Shown here: piece after piece, positions 49,750 to 58,779 of the stretch
How positions within the stretch are numbered: position 1 is the first letter of the stretch
Layout: every line of letters begins with the position of its first letter
Program-made: the position numbers and the translations under genes
The notes under the pieces: model-generated
What the model saw: the letters and a program-made list of their open reading frames with translations, nothing else
What the model was told of the DNA's origin: nothing
Databases searched by the model: none
NCBI GenBank assembly: GCA_965218435.1
Contig: CBDCKW010000005.1
Span: 620,835-684,834, forward strand
Length of the DNA stretch: 64,000 bases
Direction: 5' to 3'
From: Truepera sp.
GTDB lineage: Bacteria > Deinococcota > Deinococci > Deinococcales > Trueperaceae

Positions 49750-50795
49750 AACGCTTTTATGTGCTCCTTGTCCTTCTCATTACCTGCACTGGCGTGACGC
49801 CACCTACGTCTGCTCAAGAGCTCGAGCTGCACTTTATCGACGTGGGTCAGGGTGACAGCGTGCTGATCCGGAGCCCTTCAGGTGAGAACGTCCTCTACGA
49901 CGGCGGCCGCGGCGACGACGCCGTCCTTGCATATTTGCAATCGGTCGGGGTTGAAAGCTTGGACCTGGTGATCGCCTCGCACCCCGACGCCGACCATATC
50001 GGCGGCTTGGAGGCGGTGGTGCATTACTACCAGCCCCGGTTCTTTTTAGACAACAAGATACCCTACACCACCCAAACCTACTTTGGACTGCTCGAGGCGG
50101 TTAAAGACGCCGGCAGTCAGCTGATTCCAGCCACCGATAGACGGATCGGTTTAGGCGACGCTTCGTTACAGGTGATCCCCCCACCTGGTGATGAAAGCTT
50201 GGGGAACAACGACAACTCAGTGGGGGTGATCGTTTCGTATGGGGACTTTGGCGCAGCCATGACGGGTGACGCCGAGCAACCTGAGTTTGCCTGGTGGCTT
50301 GCTAACGTACCCGACTTGCTCAGACCGGTCGAGGTCTATAAGTCGTCACACCACGGCTCTCCTAATGGGGACAGCCCCGATAGTGTCGAGACGTTCAGCC
50401 CGGAGACGGTCGTCGTCTCCGTCGGACTCGACAACTCGTATGGCCATCCCTCACCTGAAGCACTCGCCTTGTACGAGAGCATCGGGGCGAACGTCTACCG
50501 GACCGATCTGCAAGGCACCATCATCGTCACCGCTTCAGCTGATGGAACGTACCGGGTCAACGCCGACCCGAGTGAGCCCACGGTGTCTACACCAGCACCC
50601 AGCGTAGTGGAAGAAGAACCGGCAAGTGAGCTAAGCTCGAGCCTTGCGTACGACCCTTTCGGCCCGGATAAAGACTGTGGAGATTTCGCTTCACAAGCCG
50701 AAGCGCAAGCGTTCTATGAGGCAGCAGGTGGACCCGCGAGCGACCCGCACCGACTTGACGGGAACGATGACGGCGTGGCGTGTGAGTCGAACTAA
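49746..50795 (+). CDS. Secreted ComEC/Rec2-type metallo-beta-lactamase nuclease with C-terminal Excalibur-like domain
   Basis: FIDVGQGD, SHPDADHIGG, TGDAE, HHGS and YGHP; C-terminal DKDC.DF..LDGNDDGVACE. Confidence 0.9.
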   Translation: MKRFYVLLVLLITCTGVTPPTSAQELELHFIDVGQGDSVLIRSPSGENVLYDGGRGDDAVLAYLQSVGVESLDLVIASHPDADHIGGLEAVVHYYQPRFFLDNKIPYTTQTYFGLLEAVKDAGSQLIPATDRRIGLGDASLQVIPPPGDESLGNNDNSVGVIVSYGDFGAAMTGDAEQPEFAWWLANVPDLLRPVEVYKSSHHGSPNGDSPDSVETFSPETVVVSVGLDNSYGHPSPEALALYESIGANVYRTDLQGTIIVTASADGTYRVNADPSEPTVSTPAPSVVEEEPASELSSSLAYDPFGPDKDCGDFASQAEAQAFYEAAGGPASDPHRLDGNDDGVACESN

Positions 50796-50836
50796 GACCA
50801 ACCTGGACGAACGTCCCGTGATTAGGAAAGGACCTT

Positions 50837-51037
50837 ATGACAACGAAGCTAGGCTTGACCCAACCTCATACGCCTTTTGTCCCCCCGTCGGAGAATCCCA
50901 ATCCCGAGATGCCCGTCACCCCGCCGGCAGAACCGGGCACCGAACCCGAAGTGCCTGAAAAACCGCAGCCGGACAACCAGCCCGACTTACCCGACCGACC
51001 CGAGTCGGAACCTTCCGAGCCGCTCGAGCCTCGCTGA
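50837..51037 (+). CDS. Acidic proline-rich microprotein A (66 aa)
   Basis: AAAGGA RBS; P/E/D-rich low-complexity sequence. Confidence 0.65.
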   Translation: MTTKLGLTQPHTPFVPPSENPNPEMPVTPPAEPGTEPEVPEKPQPDNQPDLPDRPESEPSEPLEPR

Positions 51038-51067
51038 GCCGAACCTCACCCGTCATTAGCTAGGAGG

Positions 51068-51346
51068 TTGTCTATGATCCTGTTGACCTACGACACGCCA
51101 AGACCTAGACCTGGTACCTTTCCCGGCGTTCCGGACACCGTGGACAACCTACCCGATCTGCCCGAGCCGTTACCGGAAGAAGAACCAGGTGAGTGGGGCG
51201 ATCCAATCACGGTCAATATGCCTGAAGACCTGAACACGCCGGACGACGACCCGGAGGGCACGCCGCTAGAAGAGGACGGGCCGGAGGTGGCCATTGACGA
51301 AGACGAGGTACCACCTGCTAGAGGACCGGAGACAGAGCCGCCCTGA
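51068..51346 (+). CDS. Acidic proline-rich microprotein B (about 90 aa)
   Basis: AGGAGG RBS; motif PEDLNTPDDD; ends TEPP. Confidence 0.7.
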   Translation: MSMILLTYDTPRPRPGTFPGVPDTVDNLPDLPEPLPEEEPGEWGDPITVNMPEDLNTPDDDPEGTPLEEDGPEVAIDEDEVPPARGPETEPP

Positions 51347-51402
51347 ACTGTAACGCCTTACGCCCTGCACCAAACGCACTTTATGAAGGAGGCGAACTGG
51401 TT

Positions 51403-51603
51403 ATGGATCACCTTAAACTAACCAATCAGAAAGACCCGCGCAGGCCGAACTTACCTCAGCCTGTTACCGAAGACGAGCCGCCTGGCACGTTAGAGGAGGT
51501 GGCTCCGGAAGACCCCAAAGACCCGCTACCTAGCGACAAGGTGGTGGAAGCAGGAATACCGGCTAAAGACCCGTCGCCTGACACGACCGAGCCGCCGAGC
51601 TAA
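51403..51603 (+). CDS. Acidic proline-rich microprotein C (66 aa)
   Basis: AAGGAGG RBS; PEDPKDP; ends TEPPS. Confidence 0.65.
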   Translation: MDHLKLTNQKDPRRPNLPQPVTEDEPPGTLEEVAPEDPKDPLPSDKVVEAGIPAKDPSPDTTEPPS

Positions 51604-51614
51604 AAGGAACCCTT

Positions 51615-51857
51615 ATGCTTTCCTTCATCTTTCCGCCTACGCCAGACCCCGGTGCACCGCCCTCGCCCGACCCGATGCCGGACCCGACACCCGACCCTGA
51701 CGCGCCGACGCCTAAACCAGAGCCAGAACCGGCGTCGTTCGTGGTTCCCGAGGACCCGAATACGCCGGATGACGACCTCGACGAGCCGCCGATTGAGGAC
51801 CCGGACGATCCACAGGGGCCGCCGATTGAAGAACCACCGCCTGGATGGGGAGCTTGA
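51615..51857 (+). CDS. Acidic proline-rich microprotein D (80 aa)
   Basis: AAAGGA RBS; (PDP)n repeats, PEDPNTPDDD and PPIE twice. Confidence 0.7.
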   Translation: MLSFIFPPTPDPGAPPSPDPMPDPTPDPDAPTPKPEPEPASFVVPEDPNTPDDDLDEPPIEDPDDPQGPPIEEPPPGWGA

Positions 51858-52574
51858 GCCTGAGTGTCCCAAAGCACAGGCTTTTTATAGACGTCCATCT
51901 ACGGTGTCGCTAAGGTGAGATCAGGACACCAGTTTAATGCTGTTCGAGTTGCCAGCGTTTAAGTGGGTGATCTTACGCACGGCTTGTGCGATACTTCAAA
52001 TGGTGCACCGTTAGGCAGCGACGACGAGTTTAGGCCCGTTGTTTCGAGGACTATTCACAGCACGCGAGACCGGATGGGCACGCATTCAAGTACAGCGACG
52101 CCCTCGGAGCAAGTCACCTATACCTACCTGATTGGTCAATCCCGAGGCCTCGACCCGGAGATGACGCAACACCTGCACAATCTCATTGATCAACAATTAC
52201 GGGGAGACAGTATTATCACGTACGGTTTTGATTTATTGTCTGCATAGTTCAAAGCCGTTGTTGCCGTCGGGCTGGAACTTCTGCAACTTAAGGGCAGACG
52301 CCCAATAATGGAGTCACCTTCATCTCTACTCTTACTATTAAACCGTAATCCCGTTACCACACTCCCCCTCAAGCTCATTTCTCTCTCAAGGTTCCTACTC
52401 GGTTAGCCTTTTGGAAAACCCGAAGGAGAACCAACTGAAAAAGCCCGGGGAGGCGGGGCTCGAGGGTGAGGGTGTGGCGAGCTTTCCGTTTCAATGAAAC
52501 GGTGGATTGTCATGCTGGGTTTGTCTGAGGGTAGATTCTGTTAAGGTTTAAGCGACATACTTTAGGAGGTAGTC

Positions 52575-52856
52575 ATGACAAATATTTCAAAGTCCGATTT
52601 AGCTAAGGAACTCGCTGACGCCACGGGGATGAATCAAAAAGATACTAAAGCCTTGGTTGAGGGGTTTCTCGAGCAGCTCACCCAGCACCTCAAAGCTGGC
52701 GACAAGGTGCAGCTTACCGGCTTTGGTACTTTCGAGGTGCGTGAACGCAGCGCCCGCACCGGCGTCAACCCAGGAACGTCGGAGAAGATCGAAATTCCGG
52801 CCAGTAAGTACCCGGCCTTTAAGCCAGGGAAAAGCCTGAAAGATCAGGTTAATTAG
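52575..52856 (+). CDS. hup: HU family DNA-binding protein
   Basis: VQLTGFGTFEV, ARTGVNP.T and PAFKPGK.LK; AGGAGG RBS. Confidence 0.95.
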   Translation: MTNISKSDLAKELADATGMNQKDTKALVEGFLEQLTQHLKAGDKVQLTGFGTFEVRERSARTGVNPGTSEKIEIPASKYPAFKPGKSLKDQVN

Positions 52857-52878
52857 CTTAATCTTTTTCGAGTAGCTT

Positions 52879-53103
52879 TTACGTTTCGCTGCTCGTGTGC
52901 AAGGCGTGCTTACCTACTTCGACCGCGAACCGCTCAACACCTATACCTTCACTACTCAAGAAGTCGGGCGTCAAGCCGCCGAACCCAGTCTGCTGTTCAA
53001 GCGCGTTCTCGAGGGCAGCGCGGAAGGCTTCGATGTCACCTGCTGTCAACCTATAAACCTCCGGCAACGACAGCTCGAGCGTAACTTTGAAGCCGAGTTT
53101 CAT
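52879..53103 (-). CDS. Hypothetical protein (mobile-element gene run)
   Basis: Co-oriented, packed small ORF at the end of the operon-like run. Confidence 0.55.
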   Translation of the reverse strand: MKLGFKVTLELSLPEVYRLTAGDIEAFRAALENALEQQTGFGGLTPDFLSSEGIGVERFAVEVGKHALHTSSET

Positions 53104-53120
53104 ATGCTGCTCTTTCTAGG

Positions 53121-53303
53121 TCACTTCAGCAACGTTCTTTCTCGTTCGATCAGTGCGACAACTTTGAGCCGGACGAGCTTGAGGTCGTTTTGAAGCTCGC
53201 GGTAGCTGGTCGCAAGTTCTGGAACTGGTGCAAGGTTCTCTAAGTCTTCTGCGGCTCCTTCCAGCTTGCTGCCAGCACGCAGCAAATGTCTAAGCGTGGT
53301 CAT
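53121..53303 (-). CDS. Hypothetical protein
   Basis: ATGA overlap with the upstream ORF. Confidence 0.6.
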   Translation of the reverse strand: MTTLRHLLRAGSKLEGAAEDLENLAPVPELATSYRELQNDLKLVRLKVVALIERERTLLK

Positions 53304-53482
53304 AGCGTTTCAGGAAGAGGCTTTGCCTCTTTATTTCCGGTGGGTTGCGAGCCCAGATAAAGAGTGTGCCCTTTTTCGAGCAGATAGTCTTGGGCGATCT
53401 TGACGGCCGTACTCTCGGCTACCGTAGTGCTGTCGGCGCGTACCTTGACGTTGAGCGTGACCTCAATGAGAAAGTCAGGCAT
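53300..53482 (-). CDS. Hypothetical protein
   Basis: GAGG RBS; overlaps both neighbours. Confidence 0.6.
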   Translation of the reverse strand: MPDFLIEVTLNVKVRADSTTVAESTAVKIAQDYLLEKGHTLYLGSQPTGNKEAKPLPETL

Positions 53483-53897
53483 GTAGAACCTCTCTTACGT
53501 CTCCAAGCGAAAAGGTGTCGGTAAAGTACGAGATGGTGTTCCCCCAACTGTCTTCGGCGTCGAACTCGAGAAAAAAGCCTTCCTTGACGACGACCAGAAA
53601 AGAGATTTCAGGCTGCTCGAAGGTCAACCTGGGGCTGCCACAGTCTTTTAAGTATGGGGCTAGAGCGACAAGACCATCCGGCGTTAGCAGCATTTCGTCG
53701 TTGGTGTCGGGGAGTGAGACCTGGTTACAGTGGTATTCGTGACTGTAAAGCGCGTCGCCCAGCTTACGCGCCTGGTCGAAGGCGTAGCGGCGGTTCTCGA
53801 GTTCTTTAACAAATAACTCGCTGAGGTCGATGACGACTGCATTGTACTCGCGGTCGCTGTGCGTACTGTAACAGCCGACAACGGCGTTCACGGACAC
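53475..53897 (-). CDS. Hypothetical acidic protein
   Basis: Translationally coupled in the run. Confidence 0.65.
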   Translation of the reverse strand: MSVNAVVGCYSTHSDREYNAVVIDLSELFVKELENRRYAFDQARKLGDALYSHEYHCNQVSLPDTNDEMLLTPDGLVALAPYLKDCGSPRLTFEQPEISFLVVVKEGFFLEFDAEDSWGNTISYFTDTFSLGDVREVLHA

Positions 53898-54088
53898 CCC
53901 TTACGCAAAACCACGGTCGCTTTACGCAGAGCGTCACGACGGCCGAGACCGATAACAAGTACCTTATCGGTCTTTTTGTCACGCACCTGGACGAACTCAT
54001 CTTGGTTGACACCAAAGAGGTAGTAACCGCGTTGGTCAAGCTCTTCTTCGCTGTCGTACCCTGATTCTAAACGGTTAGCGTCGCTCAT
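53888..54088 (-). CDS. Hypothetical protein
   Basis: TGATG overlap with the upstream ORF. Confidence 0.6.
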   Translation of the reverse strand: MSDANRLESGYDSEEELDQRGYYLFGVNQDEFVQVRDKKTDKVLVIGLGRRDALRKATVVLRKGCP

Positions 54089-54390
54089 CAGGCTCTCCCA
54101 AGTTCCTTCTTGAGTTGCTCGAATCGCAGCAGGTCGAGGGCGTGGCGGATCATTTTGTCCGGCATGTCGCTCAGCGCCGCCGCACCTACCAAGATGAGCT
54201 GTGCGCGCAAATCGGGATCGACGGCCTCGCTTTTGGCGTAGGCAGCCAGAGCGACACTTAAGGCATTCGAGAGTTCAGCGAGTTCGTCCGCAGACACGTC
54301 ATGTTCACGTAAAAACTCGCCGTCAACGGGGTTCGTCAGGTTTTCAGCGCGTTTTGCTGCAGCAAGTAAGAGTTCCTGGTCACGCTCCAT
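54088..54390 (-). CDS. Hypothetical protein
   Basis: GGGAGG RBS; helical acidic sequence. Confidence 0.65.
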   Translation of the reverse strand: MERDQELLLAAAKRAENLTNPVDGEFLREHDVSADELAELSNALSVALAAYAKSEAVDPDLRAQLILVGAAALSDMPDKMIRHALDLLRFEQLKKELGRA

Positions 54391-54404
54391 AGCTTTTCCT
54401 CCCT

Positions 54405-55025
54405 TCAGGACGCTTCTTGCACCAGCAGGTGCGGTTTGTAAAGCTCGAGCCAGCTTCTAGCGGAGGCAGCATCGACAGAAACCTCGTAACCAACGGTTTC
54501 ATGGCCACTTTGGTTGATCTTCTCCAGATACCAGAACATCCGCCCCAGGTCGTTGGCTTCGTCGGCGAGTTCTTGTACGACCGCGTCGGCCCCGTAACCG
54601 CCTGCAAAGTCGTCTTCGAGAAGCTCACCGATAAGCTCGTCGGCTGCCGTTTCAAAAAACGGGGTGGCGTCGAACGCAATGACCAACATCCCGTCGTCGG
54701 TAGAGGCCGTGGCGGAAACGCGTTGCTTTAATTCGTCAACTGGCGGGGTATCGAAGAGCGTAGGGTGCAAGAACACCTCGAGCTTGCTGCGATACCCGAG
54801 TTCGGCAGCGACCGCCAGTAACGAAGTCGCGTCTTTGCAGTCGGTGATAGGTACAATCTCAAAGCTGGGCAACCGTCCGTAAACGGTAAAGAACTCGGCT
54901 TCATGGGCGAACACCAGCGCTTCGGTTTCACCGTTATGGTCTTTCGAGCCGGAGACCTCTAAACGGGTGTAGCGGCTCCATTCGGGTTCCTGGTTGTCCT
55001 CGCAGAGGTTGTAAAGGCGGTTCAT
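54405..55025 (-). CDS. Hypothetical acidic protein (phage/plasmid type)
   Basis: 206 aa; ATGA overlap; GGAGG RBS. Confidence 0.7.
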   Translation of the reverse strand: MNRLYNLCEDNQEPEWSRYTRLEVSGSKDHNGETEALVFAHEAEFFTVYGRLPSFEIVPITDCKDATSLLAVAAELGYRSKLEVFLHPTLFDTPPVDELKQRVSATASTDDGMLVIAFDATPFFETAADELIGELLEDDFAGGYGADAVVQELADEANDLGRMFWYLEKINQSGHETVGYEVSVDAASARSWLELYKPHLLVQEAS

Positions 55026-55642
55026 AAAGCCTCCTGGACGTAGGCGAGCGCCTGCTCAGCCATCGCGGTGGCGTAATCGTAGCCGTACATTCCGGAAAGC
55101 GAATCGACTATTTCACCGTCCTCGTCTTCGATGAGGTAGTCCCAAACGTCGCCTGTAAGGTACTGGTGATAGGTTTGAACTTCGGCTTCAAGTCGCTCAA
55201 AGGCAAGCGCCCGTACCCGTTTGGAAATACGTTTGACGCCGAAGAACTCACGCACATCCTTTTGTGTGGCGACGATAAAACCAACCTGACCCGAATCCCA
55301 ACGGTCGTAAAAAGGCTTGGTGCTGAGTGCCAAGCCTGAGTGGTTGTACAAGTAGACCGGCAGCCATAGAGCCAGAGGCTCACCGTCCCGTTTCTGCTGC
55401 TCGATCATCAGCGCCTCGTGATCATCCCAGCTTTTGGTAAACAACGCCTTGATGGTGGTGCAGCGGCACTCACGACTGTAGCGTTCGGCCTCGAGGTAGC
55501 CGTATTTGAGAAGTTGTTGCCACCACCAGGGGCACGCGTCGCCCAGGGTGTAACGCTGGTGTTCGCACCACATTTTGCCCAGGTTGCCCCAAGCTCGTGG
55601 AGACTCCGGCGCTTCGTCGGGGCTGAGGGTGACTTTAAGCAT
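55022..55642 (-). CDS. Conserved phage/plasmid-type hypothetical protein
   Basis: PESPRAWGNLG, LPVYLYNHSGL, WDSGQVG and YL.GDVW.Y; likely start at MLKVTL. Confidence 0.7.
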   Translation of the reverse strand: MLKVTLSPDEAPESPRAWGNLGKMWCEHQRYTLGDACPWWWQQLLKYGYLEAERYSRECRCTTIKALFTKSWDDHEALMIEQQKRDGEPLALWLPVYLYNHSGLALSTKPFYDRWDSGQVGFIVATQKDVREFFGVKRISKRVRALAFERLEAEVQTYHQYLTGDVWDYLIEDEDGEIVDSLSGMYGYDYATAMAEQALAYVQEAL

Positions 55643-55779
55643 CGCCTTGGATCTCTCCAGCTTGAACGACGAAGCACGCCACTCCTTCACGGGCGAGCTT
55701 GAGTATTGGGGCAGCGGCTTCGGCAGCTTCCGGTGGTTCGACGTAGCAGGTGACACTCATAACCAGCTCGACGTCGTGG

Positions 55780-56229
55780 CTAGGCATGTACCTGACCTCC
55801 AAGCGGGTCTGGCGCGGCGTGCCACGTTCCGGGATGCGCAGGGGCATCCCGAAGTACCGTTTCAAACGCGGCAATCAAACAGCGGATAAAACGGCTCTTT
55901 CTGCCACGACCTTCCCAGCGGCTGCCCCTGACGCCGACCAGGTGGTCGCAGCGTTCTAGAAAGGCGACGCCACCACGCGCCGTAATCTCCTCGACCAGCG
56001 CGGGGTGTTGTTTTAACTTGAGCGCGATGATCCGCACCATGACCCGCTCGTCGCGAGGTGTGTCGCCGGTCTTAAAGGCTTTATAGGCCGCTTCCGCGTC
56101 GCGCCAGACCCGTCCGTTCTTGTCGACGAGCGGGTAGGCGCGGGGCACGTTTCCTTTACGCCGAGCTAGTTCGGTCGGATTGGTGAGTGCGGCAAGTAAG
56201 GGGTCAGGACTGCGGCTGCTGATATTCAT
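55780..56229 (-). CDS. Putative NADAR-like protein
   Basis: DAEAAYK, M.RII.LKLKQHP.L and D...SRW.G.G..SRF resemble the NADAR pattern; GGAGG RBS. Confidence 0.5.
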   Translation of the reverse strand: MNISSRSPDPLLAALTNPTELARRKGNVPRAYPLVDKNGRVWRDAEAAYKAFKTGDTPRDERVMVRIIALKLKQHPALVEEITARGGVAFLERCDHLVGVRGSRWEGRGRKSRFIRCLIAAFETVLRDAPAHPGTWHAAPDPLGGQVHA

Positions 56230-56322
56230 CTTCGCCTCCTAAAATGCCCCTGCGTCCCGCGGGACGCGCACTTTAAGGTAGTGTTCCAGAAACCTTTGAG
56301 TTACCCACGAGGTTGGAGGTGC

Positions 56323-57048
56323 TTAGCTGTCTGCCCCCTGCTCACCTACTGGTGCGGGAACCCGCCGCCCCCGCCGCCTGGTGAGTGCCTGCGCCCCCCG
56401 GTATAGCCACGGCTCGAGCGGCAGGCCGTCAAGCGCCTCTTCGACCGTCGGGACAAAGCCCAGGTCGGCCCCTATATGGGCTTCGGCGATAAGCCTCGTC
56501 GGGACACCCTCTAGCTCGAGCCCAAACACTTCCTCGACCGTCTGGACACCCAGCGTAGTGTGCAGTAGTACCCGGTGTCTCTCATCGGGTAGGTGAAATC
56601 GTGAGCTTTCTAAAAAGGTATGAAGGGCCAGATACGTTTGGGCGTCGCCGCCAAAGCACTCTGCGCTCCGCTGGGCGTGGCAAGTTGGTGTGTCGTTTTG
56701 ATAGTTCGCCTCGAGCCAACCTTCGAGTGATAATCCTTTGAAACACTGCTGCACGCTGGGAATAAACGAAAAGTCCTCTTGTACATGCTGCTCGGCGACC
56801 GCACGGGTGGGGATAAGGTTGCCGCTCGAGTTCGTCAGCGTCACGCCGAAAATCTGTTCGGCGATAAAGATACCGAAACTATGGTGCCGCAAGACCCGGT
56901 GCCTTGCGTCGGCAATATGCGCTTTGGTCACGTCAAACCAACTGTGCAGCGCCAGATAGTCACCAGATTGGCCGCCAAAGCGTTTGGCACTCGAGACGGC
57001 GTGATGGTAAGGATGGGCCACGCTATACCCCTCCCCATTCACGGACAA
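56323..57048 (-). CDS. Tandem DUF6915-like domain protein
   Basis: HPYHHAVSSAKRFGG..Y.ALHSWFD..RHR.LRHH..AEQHV.ED, repeated a second time in the C-terminal half. Confidence 0.75.
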   Translation of the reverse strand: MSVNGEGYSVAHPYHHAVSSAKRFGGQSGDYLALHSWFDVTKAHIADARHRVLRHHSFGIFIAEQIFGVTLTNSSGNLIPTRAVAEQHVQEDFSFIPSVQQCFKGLSLEGWLEANYQNDTPTCHAQRSAECFGGDAQTYLALHTFLESSRFHLPDERHRVLLHTTLGVQTVEEVFGLELEGVPTRLIAEAHIGADLGFVPTVEEALDGLPLEPWLYRGAQALTRRRGRRVPAPVGEQGADS

Positions 57049-57423
57049 AATCGAGGTAGCTCATACTCACCAGGTCGAGCATGAGTCCAATCAGGTGTTG
57101 CTGCTCGTCGGTCAGCTTGAACCCCGTAAAGTCGAGGTCGAGCAGCTCATCCGGGCTCAGGGGTTGACCTAACAAGGCGCTCACCCCCCGGCCAGCGCCG
57201 CGTCGTCCAGCCCACTCGACGACAGGCTGCGAAGCGGCGTCTCTTGATAGTAGTCGGCGAGTGGCGTACAGCTCGGCCACTCCTCTTCTCGCCGCCGCTC
57301 GAGTTCTGCCAATGCCTCGTCGTGCTGGTCGTCACGGAAGACGAGTTCGGGATACCCGCCGTTTTGCTCAGTGTGATGATTGTCGTCGTAGTCGTAACAC
57401 CTACTCATCAGCAGGTAAGGCAT
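57023..57423 (-). pseudogene. Hypothetical protein split by a frameshift in a G6 run (~57184-57189)
   Basis: MPYLLMSRCYDYDD..LAGG continues in another frame as VSALLGQPLSPDELL.. Confidence 0.5.
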
Positions 57424-57593
57424 CGCCGCCCTCCTTGACGTAGACCTTTTTGGGTTTTGGGGGAGGTGTGGTGAGATCAATCTCGAGGTCGTAACCCTGG
57501 CTTAGCCCACAAAGTCCCAAGTCGTTCGCTTCGTCGTAAAACTGCTCCTGGAGCCACTCGGTAGGCTCGTCTGGTTTTTCTTCGGCAAGGTCC
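57162..57593. repeat. 432-bp direct repeat, copy 1
   Basis: Appears identical to 57964..58395 (offset 802). Confidence 0.9.
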
Positions 57594-57963
57594 GCCTTGA
57601 GCCCAGGCGACGCCGCGAGTAAGAGAAGCAGTTCTACGTCATCACTGGGTAGACTCAGCTCTGTTTCGCCCTCGAAGGCTTGCAAGTTACCCGCGTCAAA
57701 GGCCCGCGCCTTTCCCCCCTCAGAACCGGACGTGCGAGTCTCCCCGCATCCGGCTCAAGCGAATAGCGACATTGTCGTCGTACTCTTGGATGATGCTCGA
57801 CGCACATCTGTTTTGTCAAGAAGTAGGTGGTGGCGCTGGAGTTCTTCTCCGTTTTGGAGCGAGGTGCACACCGGGCACAGAAAATCTTGACGTGCAGCTA
57901 ACCTGTAACGTTGTAAAGGCAGTTTGACAGCTTTTGCCCGTCTCTCTGCCCAGTACGTTTTCA

Positions 57964-58395
57964 GGTTGACCTAACAAGGCGCTCACCCCCCGGCCAGCGC
58001 CGCGTCGTCCAGCCCACTCGACGACAGGCTGCGAAGCGGCGTCTCTTGATAGTAGTCGGCGAGTGGCGTACAGCTCGGCCACTCCTCTTCTCGCCGCCGC
58101 TCGAGTTCTGCCAATGCCTCGTCGTGCTGGTCGTCACGGAAGACGAGTTCGGGATACCCGCCGTTTTGCTCAGTGTGATGATTGTCGTCGTAGTCGTAAC
58201 ACCTACTCATCAGCAGGTAAGGCATCGCCGCCCTCCTTGACGTAGACCTTTTTGGGTTTTGGGGGAGGTGTGGTGAGATCAATCTCGAGGTCGTAACCCT
58301 GGCTTAGCCCACAAAGTCCCAAGTCGTTCGCTTCGTCGTAAAACTGCTCCTGGAGCCACTCGGTAGGCTCGTCTGGTTTTTCTTCGGCAAGGTCC
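57964..58395. repeat. 432-bp direct repeat, copy 2
   Basis: Appears identical to 57162..57593. Confidence 0.9.
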
Positions 58396-58779
58396 TCCCT
58401 GGTTTTAGCTCCGCTTGCGGCCCTAAGCGGTTATCCGGTATCCCTTGAGCCCAGGCGACTCCGCGTGTTCCGCCTTCGTAAGATGCAGCTGCCTAAAGCA
58501 GTCTGTACGTCATCACCTAGACGGTAGACTATAACCCAAAGCCGTCGTATCAGCTCGAACGGGTTTAACGAAGCCTCATCGGTCGAGCCCTGATTTGGGC
58601 TTGCAAGTCGCATCACCCGGCGTCAAAGGCGGGATAATAGACATTGTCGTCGTACTCTTGGATGATGCTCACGACGACCCGGGTGGCAGTTGGGTAGTAA
58701 CGTGCGCACAGACCCTGAAGGACGGTGTAGTTGTGCTGGGTTTCGTGATCGCTGACAATCTTCTCAAGGTCGAACCAAC

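Noticed and set aside
50837..51857. CRISPR array or RiPP precursor cluster
   Set aside because: No constant nucleotide repeat with spacers, no cas genes and no recognisable modifying enzyme or leader-core structure; kept only as a microprotein array.
51963..52247. 94-aa ORF before HU
   Set aside because: No clear RBS or recognisable motif; cannot be supported as a gene.
57162..58395. The duplication as a diversity-generating retroelement TR/VR pair
   Set aside because: No reverse transcriptase is present; the copies are either identical or differ by insertions, not by adenine-specific substitutions.
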